From: an uncultured delta proteobacterium
Lineage (GTDB): Bacteria > Myxococcota_A > UBA9160 > SMWR01
DNA: 64,000 nt
Direction of reading: 5' to 3'
Assembly (NCBI GenBank): GCA_963832165.1
Contig: CAWHTE010000004.1
Span: forward strand, 64,001 to 128,000
Numbering within the stretch: position 1 is the first letter of the stretch; every line of letters begins with the position of its first letter. Below the pieces are notes generated by a model. It was given only the letters and a program-made list of their open reading frames with translations. It made no database searches and was not told the origin of the DNA. A program made the position numbers and the translations under genes. Below, one piece after another: positions 1 through 9,970 of this stretch.

Positions 1-133
1 GATGCACGGCGGGATCGGGATGACCGACGAGCACGAGATCGGCTTCTACCTGAAGCGGGCACGCGTCGCCGAGCTCACACTCGGCGACAGCGCCTGGCAC
101 CGCGCTCGCTGGGCGCGCCTCGCCGGCTATTGA
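1..133 (+). CDS. Acyl-CoA dehydrogenase family protein, C-terminal fragment (truncated by window edge)
   Basis: Frame from nt 2 reads MHGGIGMTDEHEIGFYLKRARVAELTLGD..., matching the HGGIG.T.EH ACAD C-terminal motif; TGA at 131-133. Confidence 0.85.
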   Translation, partial: MHGGIGMTDEHEIGFYLKRARVAELTLGDSAWHRARWARLAGY

Positions 134-142
134 TCACGTGCC

Positions 143-1267
143 GTGACCGCGCTCTCGCCGACTCAACGTCTGTTGCGCGCGTGCCGCGGCGAGCCGGTCG
201 ACCGCCCGCCGGTCTGGCTGATGCGGCAGGCGGGCCGCTACCTGCCCGACTACCGGCGCGTGCGCGAGCAGGTGTCGTTCCTCGAGCTGTGCCGCGACGT
301 CGATCGCGCGGTCGAAGTCTCGCTTCAGCCGATCGATGCGATCGGCTCGGAGGCGGTGATCTTCTTCTCGGACATCTTCACGCCGATCCCGGGCATGGGC
401 GTCGAGGTCGACTTCCGGCCCGGACCCGTGGTCGCGGCGCCGATCCGCAGCGCTGCCCAGGTGGAGCGTCTGCGCGTGCCCGATCCGCGCGAGAGCGTTC
501 CGTTCGTGTTCGAGATCCTGCGCACGCTGCGCCGCGAGCTCGCCGCGCGCGAGATCCCGCTGCTCGGATTCGCGGGCGCGCCGTTCACGCTCGCGGCCTA
601 CCTCGTGGAGGGGGCCGGCTCGCGCCACTTCAGTACCTGGAAGCGCATGCTCTGGCGCGAGCCCGCGCTCGCCCGCGCGCTGCTCGACCGGCTCACCGAT
701 CTCACGGTCGGCTACCTCGGCGCGCAGATCGAAGCGGGCGCCCAGGTGGTGCAGATCTTCGACACCTGGGCGGGCATGCTCTCGCCCGGGGACTACCGCG
801 AGTGGGTGCTGCCGACCCACCGCGAGATCGCGGCCAAGCTCGACCGCTCCGCGCCGCTGATCCTCTACGTGAACGATGGCGCCCATGTGCTCGAAGAAAC
901 AGCGGAAAGCGGGGCAGACGTGATCTCGCTCGACTGGCGCGTCGACCTCGCCGACGCCGCGCGGCGCGTGGGCGCGCGCGTGAGTCTCCAGGGCAACCTC
1001 GATCCGTGCGCGCTCGCGGCCGATCCCGAGACGATCGCGCACAAGGTGCGCGAGCTCGCGCGCGCGGCGGCACCCGCGCGCGGACACATCATGAACCTGG
1101 GACACGGCTGCCTGCCCGACACGCCCGTCGAAGGCGTGCGCGCATTCACGGATGCCGTGCGCTCGCTGAACGCAAGTTTCGCGCAGCGAGTGCAAGTTTC
1201 GCGCAGCGAGCCGGAGGCGAGCGAAGACCAGCAGCTAGCCGAGCGAAGGCAATCTGGGGGGTCATGA
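143..1267 (+). CDS. hemE: Uroporphyrinogen decarboxylase with a repeat-derived C-terminal tail
   Basis: PVWLMRQAGRYLPDY, FSDI, GFAGAPFTLAAY, LQGNLDP and NLGHG motifs. Confidence 0.97.
   Translation: MTALSPTQRLLRACRGEPVDRPPVWLMRQAGRYLPDYRRVREQVSFLELCRDVDRAVEVSLQPIDAIGSEAVIFFSDIFTPIPGMGVEVDFRPGPVVAAPIRSAAQVERLRVPDPRESVPFVFEILRTLRRELAAREIPLLGFAGAPFTLAAYLVEGAGSRHFSTWKRMLWREPALARALLDRLTDLTVGYLGAQIEAGAQVVQIFDTWAGMLSPGDYREWVLPTHREIAAKLDRSAPLILYVNDGAHVLEETAESGADVISLDWRVDLADAARRVGARVSLQGNLDPCALAADPETIAHKVRELARAAAPARGHIMNLGHGCLPDTPVEGVRAFTDAVRSLNASFAQRVQVSRSEPEASEDQQLAERRQSGGS
1173..1230 (+). repeat. 38-bp junction repeat: half copy (1173-1190) plus full copy (1193-1230), translated within the hemE C-terminus
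   Basis: CAAGTTTCGCGCAGCGAG-TG-CAAGTTTCGCGCAGCGAGCCGGAGGCGAGCGAAGACCA. Confidence 0.9.
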
Positions 1268-2668
1268 GCGATCCGTTCTCGATCGAGCTCGACCGGATCG
1301 CGGAGCTGCTGCCGCGCTACGCGATCGACGGGCCGCGCTACACGAGCTACCCGACCGCGCCGGTGTGGACCGCGGACTACGGCGCCGACGACTACCGCGC
1401 CGACCTCGCCGACGACGAGATCGAGGCGAGCGATGGCCTCTCGCTCTACGTGCACGTGCCGTACTGCGACTCGCTGTGCCACTTCTGCGCCTGCAACAAG
1501 GTGATCACGACCGATCACACGCGCGCGGCCGGCTACCTCGACACGATCGAGCGCGAGATCGAGGCGGTGCGCGCGGCCACGCGCGTGCCGCGCGCGGCGA
1601 CGCAGCTGCACTGGGGCGGTGGAACGCCCACCTGGCTCGCGCCGGCCGAGGTCCAGCGCCTGTTCCGCTCGCTCGTCGAGGCGTTTCCCATGCGCACGGA
1701 CGCCGAGATCTCGATCGAGGTGGACCCGCGCGTGACCACGCGCGAGCACATCGACGTGCTCGCCGAGTGCGGGTTCAACCGCATCTCGATGGGCGTACAG
1801 GACTTCGACCCGCGCGTGCAGCAGGCGGTGCACCGGATCCAGCCTGCCGCCGAGACGGCGCGCCTGGTCGAGTGGGCGCGCCGCGCCGGGCTTCGAGAGC
1901 GTGAACTTCGACCTGATCTACGGGCTGCCGTACCAGACGCCCGCGAGCTTCGAGCGCACGCTCGACCAGCTGTTCGCGATCGGCCCGGATCGCATCGCGC
2001 TCTACTCCTACGCGCACGTGACGTGGATCGCGAAGCAGCAGCGCGGCTTCGAGCGCAAGGACCTGCCCGATGCCGCGACGAAGCTCCAGATCATGCTCAC
2101 CGCGATCCGGCGCTTCCTGGCCGAGGGCTACCTGTTCATCGGGCTCGACCATTTCGCGCGCGAGGGCGACGAGCTCGCGAAGGCGCTCGCGGATCGCTCG
2201 CTGCGCCGCAATTTCATGGGCCACACGACCCAGGCTGGCGTCGATCTGATCGGCTTCGGCCCTTCCGCGATCAGCGAGCTGCGCGCGAGCTATGCGCAGT
2301 CACAGCGCGAGGTCCCGGCCTGGGAGGCGGCCGTGCGCGAGCACGGCGTGGCCACGATGCGCGGCCATCGCCTGTCGCGCGCCGACATCGAGCGGCGCTG
2401 GATCATCAACCGGATCCTGTGTCACGGCGAGCTGCGCGCACGCGACTACGAAGAGACGTTCGGGCGCGCGTTCGCGGAGGCCTATCGGCCCGAGCTCGCA
2501 TCGCTCGATCAGGCGCGCGCGGACGGCCTGATCGAGTGCGATACGGACGGCAGCCTGCGCGTCACGCCGATCGGGCGCCTGCTCGTGCGCACCATCGCGA
2601 TGGCGTTCGACGCCTATCTGCCCGAGCAGCAGAAGAGCGGGTCGCGGATCTTCAGCAAGACAGTCTGA
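1264..2668 (+). CDS. hemN: Oxygen-independent coproporphyrinogen III oxidase (radical SAM); apparent +1 frameshift near 1888-1890
   Basis: GPRYTSYPTA, CDSLCHFC (CxxxCxxC) and HWGGGTPT in one frame; NFDLIYGLPYQT, GLDHFA and RRNFMG in the next frame. Confidence 0.93.
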
Positions 2669-2680
2669 CTTCGCTCGGCT

Positions 2681-3067
2681 CTACGACTCCCAGTGCCGAT
2701 CGCCGCGGCGGCGATCGTGCCGGTCGTGCCTCCGGTGATGGCGGCGCTCGTAGCGGTCGTGCTGGCGATCGTGCCGCCGGTCGAGGTAGCGGTGGAAGCC
2801 GCGGTGCTGCCACCGATCGGCGTACGGGCTGTTCCAGTCATGCCACGTGCGGTGTTTGCGGTCGAGATGGCGGTGGCCGCTGCGGTGCTCGCGGCCCTGC
2901 CAGCGATGTCCGCCGCGGTGGTCGTCATCGAAGTCGCGGTAGGACTCGCTGTGTCCACCGCGGTTGTTCCAGTCGACGTACCGATCAGCCGCAGAAGCGT
3001 CACTCGCGATCAGCAGCCCCAGTACGCCGACGGCTCCCGCGAGCGCGGGGCCCAGAGAGATATGCAT
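2681..3067 (-). CDS. Small secreted His/Arg/Asp-rich low-complexity protein
   Basis: Strong RBS (AGGAGGAG) before ATG; signal peptide ending ASA-A; 17 His in the ~100-aa mature region. Confidence 0.7.
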   Translation of the reverse strand: MHISLGPALAGAVGVLGLLIASDASAADRYVDWNNRGGHSESYRDFDDDHRGGHRWQGREHRSGHRHLDRKHRTWHDWNSPYADRWQHRGFHRYLDRRHDRQHDRYERRHHRRHDRHDRRRGDRHWES

Positions 3068-3179
3068 CGGATCTCCTCCTGTTTCCGGCGCGTCCTCTGC
3101 GGCAGCGCCGGGTTGATGAAGCCGACACGCGCACGCTCGCGCGAATTCGATCGCGCTTCTGTGCGAGAGGGTGGGGAGA

Positions 3180-6026
3180 TCACCTGGGGGACGTGCCGTC
3201 TACCGCAGCCTCCAGGTCGGGCAGGGCGACGCCGCGCGCGAGCTGCTCGGAAGCGCGCAGGCCGCGAGCGCACGCCCCGGTGTCCTCTCCATCGGGGGCG
3301 CAGCGCCGCCACACCTCCACGAGCTGCGCGGGATCGAACGGCTCCGCGTGGGCATAGGCGCGCCTGTACAGCCGGGTCCACTCGATCGCCTCGTCCGGCG
3401 GTATGCGACCTGACGGCGCTGGCGCGGATGGATCGGCACCGAGCAGCCGCTGCAAGCGCTCCAGGTATCGGGGCCCGCGCTCGCGCAGCATCTCGGCGAG
3501 CGGCGCGAAGCGCTCGGGATTCGGGTGCGCGTTCGCCCACGCCGCTGCGAGCCCGCCACAGTTGGAAAGCACCGCCCGGCACGCGCGCCACGCGGCGTGG
3601 TCGAGGGCCTCGCGCGCCTCGTCGCCCGACAGCTGCGCGCGGTAGCGGCCCAGCAGCGAGTTGGCCGTCCCGATCTCCGCGGGCGCGCCGTAGCCCGTGA
3701 ACGGCACCGACCCGCGGCCGCCCGTGAAGAAGGCACGTCCGGCCACGAAGCTCAGGCGCGGGTGAATCAGCGAATGGACCGGCCCCCGGAGCGCGGCCGC
3801 GTGGACGACGCCGAGCGGAAGCGTTTCGTGGGCGAGCCAGGTCGCGAGGTCCGTGGCCTCGAGGCGCCGGAGCGCCAAGTGAAAGTCCGGTTGTTGCATG
3901 CGCGCTGCGAGACGCTCGAGGTCGAGCGCCCACATCGGGTCGCGGAAACCCAGAATCAGGGCGTCCGCGTAGTTCACGGTCCAGACGGCGACGTGATCGA
4001 AGACGCTCGCATAGGTCTCGAGCACGAGCTCGATCGTCGCGTCGCTGGTGTCGTAGAAGTGGAACCACTGGGCGAACACACCGCGCGGCGTCAGGTGATC
4101 GCGCGCTGCGGCGAGAAACTCCTGCGAGTAGAGCATCTCGACACCGGTCACCCACGGATTGCTCGGCTCCGAGATGATCACGTCGTATTGGCGCGCGCTC
4201 CGGACGAGCGCGCGGTAGGCGTCGCTGTGGACGAACGTCAACTTGGGATTGCGCGAGACGCCGTAGTTCCCGAAGTCGAACAGTGGCGCCGCGGCGATCA
4301 CGCCCGACGAGATCTCGGCCACCGTGATGCTCTGCGTCTCCGCGAGCTGGGAGAGCTCCCCCGCCGTGATCCCGGTCCCGAAGCCGATCACGAACGCGTT
4401 CTCGGCGCGCTCCGCGAACAGCGCCGGCACCACCGCGAGCATTGCCATCGTCCCGTAGTCGCCGGTCGTGTTCCCGTCCGACTTCCCGTTCACGAACAGG
4501 CTGCGACTCGAGGCGCGCGCACCCTGAGAGAATTCGCGGACCGTCACCGTGGTGTTCGGATCGTCGTCGTGGAACACGATCCGGCTGTTCGGGATGTAGT
4601 GGGCGAGCCCCGAGGGGCCGTCCCAGGTCCAGTCCGTGGACTTCCGCTCGCGGAACACGCCCGACGCGAGATAGGCAGGACGCCACGGCGGCAGCGCAGC
4701 GATCGCGATCAGCGAGGCGATTCCGAGCGCCGCGGTGCCCGCGAGCCCGATGCGCGCGGACTGGCGCCACGTCGCGATCGATGCCGCGAGTACGAGCGCG
4801 CACAGAGCGATCCGGTACACGTGATGCAGATCGAGCCAGACCAGGAGCGCATAGCCGCCGATCAGCGCGCCGAGCAGCGAACCGACCGTGTTCACACTGT
4901 ACAGGCGCCCCGCCTGCGAGCCGAGCTCGCCGACCTCGCGCCGCAGCGCGTGGAACGAGAGCGGCAGCGCCGCGCCCGAGAACACCACCGCGGGCCCGAT
5001 CGCGAGCAGCACGGCGAGGAAGACGCCGCCGTAGAACGGGTAGAACGCCGACTCGGTGTCGCCGAACGCGATGCGGACGAGGTGCGCCCAGTAGGGCGCG
5101 GTCTCGAGTCCGAAGTAGAGCGCGCTGAACAGGATCGCGAGCACCCACAGCGCGGCCGGAAGCGCCAACCGGGGGATCCGTGTGAATGCCGAGACCGCGA
5201 AGCTGCCGACCGCGATGCACACCACGAAGACGGCCACCACGATCGTGAACGTGTACTCCGACGAGCCGAACGAGAGGCCGCTGATCCGGATCACGGTGGT
5301 CTGGAGCACCATCATCGCGAAGCCCACGAGCAGCGCGATGCCGCCGTAGACGGCGAACACGCGCGCGCCGAGCGGTGGTGCTCCCTCCGTTTCGAGCTCG
5401 GCGAGCGGAGCCGCAGAGCGGCTCAGTGCCGCGAACGCGGCCCCGATCGCGAGATTCACGGCCCCCATCGCGTAGAGCGTGCCCTCGAGCCCGAGCCCGT
5501 GGATCAGCACGAAGCCGGTCGCGAGCGTTCCCGCAAACGCGCCCGCGGTGTTGGACGCATAGATCTGCGCGTGAACGCGCGTGGCGTCGGCCAGATTGCG
5601 CGCGAGCGCCTGGGTCAGGATCGGGATCGTCCCACCCATCAGCGTGGCGGGTGGCACGATCAGCGCGGCCGCGAGCGCGACGTCGACCGCAAAGCCGAGT
5701 GCTCCTTCGCCGCCGGGCAGCGTGGCCGACGCGCTGCGCACGAGCGCGAAGGTCCAGGGGAACCCGAGGCACCAGAGCCCGATGCCCGCCTCGACACCGC
5801 CGTAGACGGCGAGCAGGGAGCGTTCGCGCTCGACGAGCCGCCTCGTCAACGCGCCGAACAGCCAGTACCCGAGCGAGAGGCCGCCCAGGAACAGGCCCAA
5901 CACGGCCGCGGTCGCCTCGCTGTGCGCGCCCAGCAGGATCGCGAGGTACTTCTGCCAGGTGACCTCGTAGGCGAGCCCCGTGAACCCGGAGAGCACGGTG
6001 AGCGCGAGGGCGGCGGGTCGCAGCAT
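3180..6026 (-). CDS. Fused MFS-like membrane domain / spermidine synthase-like SAM-dependent transferase
   Basis: Many TM helices, repeated LY..NT.G motifs, VIGFGTGITAG, EIS, DA, YDVIISEPSNPW. Confidence 0.88.
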   Translation of the reverse strand: MLRPAALALTVLSGFTGLAYEVTWQKYLAILLGAHSEATAAVLGLFLGGLSLGYWLFGALTRRLVERERSLLAVYGGVEAGIGLWCLGFPWTFALVRSASATLPGGEGALGFAVDVALAAALIVPPATLMGGTIPILTQALARNLADATRVHAQIYASNTAGAFAGTLATGFVLIHGLGLEGTLYAMGAVNLAIGAAFAALSRSAAPLAELETEGAPPLGARVFAVYGGIALLVGFAMMVLQTTVIRISGLSFGSSEYTFTIVVAVFVVCIAVGSFAVSAFTRIPRLALPAALWVLAILFSALYFGLETAPYWAHLVRIAFGDTESAFYPFYGGVFLAVLLAIGPAVVFSGAALPLSFHALRREVGELGSQAGRLYSVNTVGSLLGALIGGYALLVWLDLHHVYRIALCALVLAASIATWRQSARIGLAGTAALGIASLIAIAALPPWRPAYLASGVFRERKSTDWTWDGPSGLAHYIPNSRIVFHDDDPNTTVTVREFSQGARASSRSLFVNGKSDGNTTGDYGTMAMLAVVPALFAERAENAFVIGFGTGITAGELSQLAETQSITVAEISSGVIAAAPLFDFGNYGVSRNPKLTFVHSDAYRALVRSARQYDVIISEPSNPWVTGVEMLYSQEFLAAARDHLTPRGVFAQWFHFYDTSDATIELVLETYASVFDHVAVWTVNYADALILGFRDPMWALDLERLAARMQQPDFHLALRRLEATDLATWLAHETLPLGVVHAAALRGPVHSLIHPRLSFVAGRAFFTGGRGSVPFTGYGAPAEIGTANSLLGRYRAQLSGDEAREALDHAAWRACRAVLSNCGGLAAAWANAHPNPERFAPLAEMLRERGPRYLERLQRLLGADPSAPAPSGRIPPDEAIEWTRLYRRAYAHAEPFDPAQLVEVWRRCAPDGEDTGACARGLRASEQLARGVALPDLEAAVDGTSPR

Positions 6027-6109
6027 CGCGGCAGTATCACCGAATCGGAGCGGTCCTGTGTCGGGTCGCGGGATGCCAAGTCGCGAATTCTCTTCCAAAG
6101 TCTGGGCCG

Positions 6110-7480
6110 ATGGGAACGACTCAGGTCGAGGCGGTGGTGGTGGGCGCGGGAATCGCCGGGCTCGCGGCGGCGCTCGAGCTCCAGTCGGCGGGCTGCGACG
6201 TGCTCGTGGCGGATCCGTCCGATCGGCCCGGCGGCGTTATGCGGACCGACCACCGCAAGGGCTTCGTCGTCGAGAGCGGGCCCGCCACGGCGATGGTCCG
6301 CAGGCCGATGCTCGACTTCCTCTCGAAGCGCGGGCTGCACGACCAGCTGTTGCGCGCAGCCCCGGCGAGCCGCAAGCGGTTCCTGTACAGCGGCGGTCGG
6401 ATGGTCCGCGTGCCGGACTCGCCGTTGCGGATCGCAGGCACCCCGCTGCTCTCGGGGCGCGCAAAGCTGCGCGCGCTGACCGAGCCGTTCCGCCGCCGCG
6501 GCAAATCGGAAGCCGAGTCGGTCGCCGAGTTCGTGGGGCGGCGGCTCGGGCGCGAGGTGTCGAGCGCGCTCGTGGGGCCGTTCCTGACCGGCGTCTACGC
6601 AGGCGACGAGGAGCAGCTCGGTGCGGCCGCGGTGCTGCCGCGCTGGGTGGATCGCGAGCAGCGCTTCGGCTCGCTCGCGCTGGGCGGGTTCGCGGGTCTC
6701 CTGCGCCGCGATCGCGATCGCGGACTGCGCGGCTCGTACGCGACCGAGCAGGGCTTCGGCCCGTTCGCGCGGCGCCTCGCCGAAGCGCTCGCGGAGCCGC
6801 CCGCGCTCGGCACGCGCGTGGCGTGGATCGCGCGCGACGGCCCGCGCTGGCACGTCGACCTGACGAGTCCGAGCGGAGATCTCGCGCTGTCGGCCGCGCG
6901 CGTCGTCGTCGCGGCGCCCGCCTATGCCGCGGCCGACGTGCTGCGCGGCATCGACGGCGAGATCGCGCTCGCGCTCGAGAGCATCGCCTATGCGCCGATC
7001 GTGGTCGCGCCGGTCGGCATCGAGGCGGGCCGCTCGCGCGAGCCGATCGAGGGCTTCGGATTCCTGGTGCCGCGCGAGGAGTCGATGGGACTGCTCGGCT
7101 GCTTGTTCATGAGCCAGCTGTTTCCGGGCCGCGCGCCCGCTGGCCACGAGCTCCTGCACTGCATGCTCGGCGGCGTGCGCTGGCCCGAAGCCGTGCACCT
7201 GCCCGACTCGGCGCTCGAGGCCCGCCTCGCCGAAGATCTGTCGCGCACGCTCGGGATCGCGGATCCGCCCGCGCCGCTCGGATTCGTGCGCTGGCCGCGC
7301 GCGGTCCCACAGCCCGACCGCGATCACCGCGCGCGCATGCGCTGGCTCTCCGGGCGGCTCGACCAGATGCCCGGCCTCGCGCTCGCGGGATCCTACGTTG
7401 CCGGCGTGAGCGTCTCGGACTCGCTGGCGTCGGGATTGGCAGCGGCTTCTCGAGCACTTACAGCGATTCCCTTCGCGTGA
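6110..7480 (+). CDS. hemG: Protoporphyrinogen oxidase (HemY-type flavoprotein)
   Basis: VVVGAGIAGLAAA FAD motif, GVYAGD, GFGFLVP, RWPRAVPQ; heme gene context. Confidence 0.9.
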   Translation: MGTTQVEAVVVGAGIAGLAAALELQSAGCDVLVADPSDRPGGVMRTDHRKGFVVESGPATAMVRRPMLDFLSKRGLHDQLLRAAPASRKRFLYSGGRMVRVPDSPLRIAGTPLLSGRAKLRALTEPFRRRGKSEAESVAEFVGRRLGREVSSALVGPFLTGVYAGDEEQLGAAAVLPRWVDREQRFGSLALGGFAGLLRRDRDRGLRGSYATEQGFGPFARRLAEALAEPPALGTRVAWIARDGPRWHVDLTSPSGDLALSAARVVVAAPAYAAADVLRGIDGEIALALESIAYAPIVVAPVGIEAGRSREPIEGFGFLVPREESMGLLGCLFMSQLFPGRAPAGHELLHCMLGGVRWPEAVHLPDSALEARLAEDLSRTLGIADPPAPLGFVRWPRAVPQPDRDHRARMRWLSGRLDQMPGLALAGSYVAGVSVSDSLASGLAAASRALTAIPFA

Positions 7481-8490
7481 AGCACGAGCTGTGCGACCGC
7501 CTCGACCCAGGTCGGGTGCGAGTTCGGGCAGTCGACGAGGAGTAGCTCCTCCCCGCCGAGCTCGCGCCATTGCTCGCGCGCGCGAATCCCGATCTCTTCG
7601 ATCGTCTCCAGGCAATCGGCCGCGAACGAGGGGCACAGGATCGCGAGCCGGCGCACGCCCTTCGCCGCGAGCTCGGGCAGCACGAGATCGGTGTAGGGCC
7701 TGATCCAGGGCCGGCGCCCGAGCCGCGACTGGAACGAAGTCGAGAGGCGCGCCGGATCGAGGCCGAGCGCGCCCGCGAGTGCCGCCGTGGTCGCGGTGCA
7801 CTGCGCGCGGTAGCAGAAGCGGTGCGCGGCATGCGGCGTCGTGCAGCAGCCGGGACCCGCGAGGCAGTGGGATCCGCTGCGGTCGGCGGCGCGGATCTGA
7901 TGCTCGGGCAGTCCGTGATACGAGAACAGCACGTGGTCGGCGCGGAACTCCGCGAGCGCGGGCGCGGCGACGTCGCGCCACGCGCGGACGAAGCCGGGAT
8001 CGTCGAAGAAGGGCTCGATCGCGGTGACGCGGTGCAGGCGCGCCGCCGCGGGTGACGCGAACAGCGCCGCGAGCGCCGAGCCGGTCGCCGCGGACGAGTA
8101 CTGCGGGAACAGCGGCAGCGCGACGACCTCGCGCACGCCGCGCTCCTCGAGCCGGCGCAGCGCCTCTTCGATCGACGGTCGCCCGTAGCGCATGCCGAGC
8201 GCGGCGGCCCAGCCCGCGCCGAGCCGTCGCTCGAGCGCCGCGCGCAGCGCCTCGCCGTGCACGAGCAGCGGTGATCCCGCCTCGCTCCACACCTTCGCGT
8301 AGGCTGCTGCCGTGACGCGCGGGCGCCGGGGCAGGATCACGGCTTCGAGCAGGAGCTTGCGCTGCAGCGTGGGCAGGTCGATCACGCGCGGATCGGAGAG
8401 GAACTCGCGCAGGTAGCGGCGCACCTCGCGCGGGCGCGGCGCATCGGGCGTGCCGAGGTTGATCAGCAGCGCGCCGCGCGGCGCGCTCAC
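7393..8490 (-). CDS. hemH: Ferrochelatase
   Basis: LLINLGTP, RYLREFLSDPRVID, GSPL, MRYGRPSI, PLFPQYS, FSYHGLP, FQSRLG, ADCLET.EEI; GTG overlaps the pcs stop. Confidence 0.96.
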   Translation of the reverse strand: MSAPRGALLINLGTPDAPRPREVRRYLREFLSDPRVIDLPTLQRKLLLEAVILPRRPRVTAAAYAKVWSEAGSPLLVHGEALRAALERRLGAGWAAALGMRYGRPSIEEALRRLEERGVREVVALPLFPQYSSAATGSALAALFASPAAARLHRVTAIEPFFDDPGFVRAWRDVAAPALAEFRADHVLFSYHGLPEHQIRAADRSGSHCLAGPGCCTTPHAAHRFCYRAQCTATTAALAGALGLDPARLSTSFQSRLGRRPWIRPYTDLVLPELAAKGVRRLAILCPSFAADCLETIEEIGIRAREQWRELGGEELLLVDCPNSHPTWVEAVAQLVLHAKGIAVSAREAAANPDASESETLTPAT

Positions 8491-9257
8491 GCGCCATCCC
8501 GGTGGACTTCGCTCGCCCTCGGCTCGCTGCGCGAGTATTGCGTCCAGAGGTTCCACCACTGCCCGAGCCACGCGGAGATCGCGACGTAGTAGGCCGGGTA
8601 CACGAGCGAGACCCACGCCGCGCGCTCGCGCTCGGGGGAGGGCGGCATCCCCGCGATCAGCGCCATCGCGATCATCCAGAGCATTCCGCCGGCTGCACTG
8701 ACGCCGCGCAGGCGCCGCATCTTGCTCGGGTAGATGTACTTGAGCGGTACGAAGGTCAGCGCGGCGAACAGCGCGATCCAGGCAGTGGCCACGGCGGACG
8801 ACATCTCGAGCAGCCAGACATAGAGCGCGACGACGTTCCAGTACGAGGGCCAGCCCAGGAAGAAATCGTCCTCGGTCTTCACGTCGACCTGCGCGAACGC
8901 GTAGGAGGCCGCGAGCACGGGGAGCAGCACGAAGCTCCAGTGCGCGAACGCGCCCAGCGCGAGCAGGAACACCACGGGGACGATCGCGTAGTTCAGGTAG
9001 TCGACGACGTCGTCGAGCGTGCGCCCGTCGATCCGCGGCAGCTGCTCCGCCACCCCGACCCGGCGCGCGAGCGTGCCGTCGACCGAATCGATTACGAGCG
9101 CAGCGAGCATGTAGATCACCGCGCGCGCGAAGCCACCGCGGCCGATCTCCCAGAGCGCGAATACCCCGAGCACGGCACCGCTCGCGGTGAACAGATGCAC
9201 CGACCAAGCCAGCGCTTGGCGGGTGGTGAGGGCTGTCGGCGCACCGTGACGGGCCAT
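8487..9257 (-). CDS. pcs: Phosphatidylcholine synthase-type CDP-alcohol phosphatidyltransferase
   Basis: DG-x2-AR-x8-P-x3-G-x3-D-x3-D motif (DGTLARRVGVAEQLPRIDGRTLDDVVD), AWSVHLFTASG, F.GWPSYWNVV. Confidence 0.8.
   Translation of the reverse strand: MARHGAPTALTTRQALAWSVHLFTASGAVLGVFALWEIGRGGFARAVIYMLAALVIDSVDGTLARRVGVAEQLPRIDGRTLDDVVDYLNYAIVPVVFLLALGAFAHWSFVLLPVLAASYAFAQVDVKTEDDFFLGWPSYWNVVALYVWLLEMSSAVATAWIALFAALTFVPLKYIYPSKMRRLRGVSAAGGMLWMIAMALIAGMPPSPERERAAWVSLVYPAYYVAISAWLGQWWNLWTQYSRSEPRASEVHRDGA
8503..8540 (-). repeat. 38-bp junction repeat in the pcs C-terminus, 12 nt before the hemH start
   Basis: Minus strand CAATACTCGCGCAGCGAGCCGAGGGCGAGCGAAGTCCA, encoding QYSRSEPRASEVH. Confidence 0.88.
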
Positions 9258-9301
9258 CCAGGAGTGCGGACGAACATACCAGAGGCCGCTATCGTTCCCC
9301 G

Positions 9302-9916
9302 ATGCCCGTCGACTCGATGCGCCGAGCCATTCCGAATCCCGTCTCGCGCGAGGACGCGAAGCGCGTGAACGACGCGCGCGCGCTCGAGTTCCTGCGCCAG
9401 GGCGGCGACTCGTTCATGACCACGAACGTGGACGCCGTGCTGAACTGGGCGCGCAAGTACTCGATGTTCCTGTACCCGTTCGTGACCGCGTGCTGCGGCA
9501 TGGAGTTCATGTCGGTGGCGGGCCCGCGCTACGACATCGACCGCTTCGGCTGCGCATTGCCGCGGTTCTCGCCGCGTCAGGCGGACCTCCTGATGGTGGT
9601 GGGCACGATCACCCACCGGCAGGCGCCGATCCTCAAGAAGGTCTACGACCAGATGGCCGAGCCGAAATGGGTGGTCGCGTTCGGCGCGTGCACGTGCTCG
9701 GGCGGCCCGTACAACAACTACGCCACCGTTCAGGGCATCGACACGATCATCCCGGTCGACGTGTACATCCCGGGCTGCCCGCCGCGGCCCGAGGCGGTGA
9801 TCGACGGACTGATCAAGCTCCAGTCGCGCGTCCAACAGGAGCGCGTGCCCGCCGACGGGCGTCACCGCGAGACCGCCGACCTCGCGCTTCCGGTGGTCGA
9901 GAAGCCGATCGCCTGA
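9302..9916 (+). CDS. nuoB: NADH-quinone oxidoreductase subunit B
   Basis: TACCGMEFM, SPRQADLLMVVGT, EPKWVVAFGAC, DVYIPGCPPRPEA. Confidence 0.95.
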   Translation: MPVDSMRRAIPNPVSREDAKRVNDARALEFLRQGGDSFMTTNVDAVLNWARKYSMFLYPFVTACCGMEFMSVAGPRYDIDRFGCALPRFSPRQADLLMVVGTITHRQAPILKKVYDQMAEPKWVVAFGACTCSGGPYNNYATVQGIDTIIPVDVYIPGCPPRPEAVIDGLIKLQSRVQQERVPADGRHRETADLALPVVEKPIA

Positions 9917-9920
9917 GGGG

Positions 9921-9958
9921 CAAGTTTCGCGCAGCGAGCCGCAGGCGAGCGAAGTCCA
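9921..9958 (+). repeat. 38-bp junction repeat, nuoB-lipB intergenic
   Basis: CAAGTTTCGCGCAGCGAGCCGCAGGCGAGCGAAGTCCA. Confidence 0.9.
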
Positions 9959-9970
9959 TAAGGGGGGAGC

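Noticed and set aside
130..3357. 1075-aa ORF and other long Arg/Ala-rich ORFs (e.g. 3525-6479, 37557-41525)
   Set aside because: Shadow frames typical of high-GC DNA overlapping well-supported genes; 130-3357 only borrows the hemN 5' half.
2693..3700. Val/Ala-rich plus-strand ORF as a membrane protein
   Set aside because: It is the antisense of the His/Arg/Asp-rich gene, which has the RBS and signal peptide.
9921..9958. The repeat as an intrinsic terminator
   Set aside because: Stems are only 3-5 bp, there is no downstream U tract, and copies sit inside operons and ORFs.
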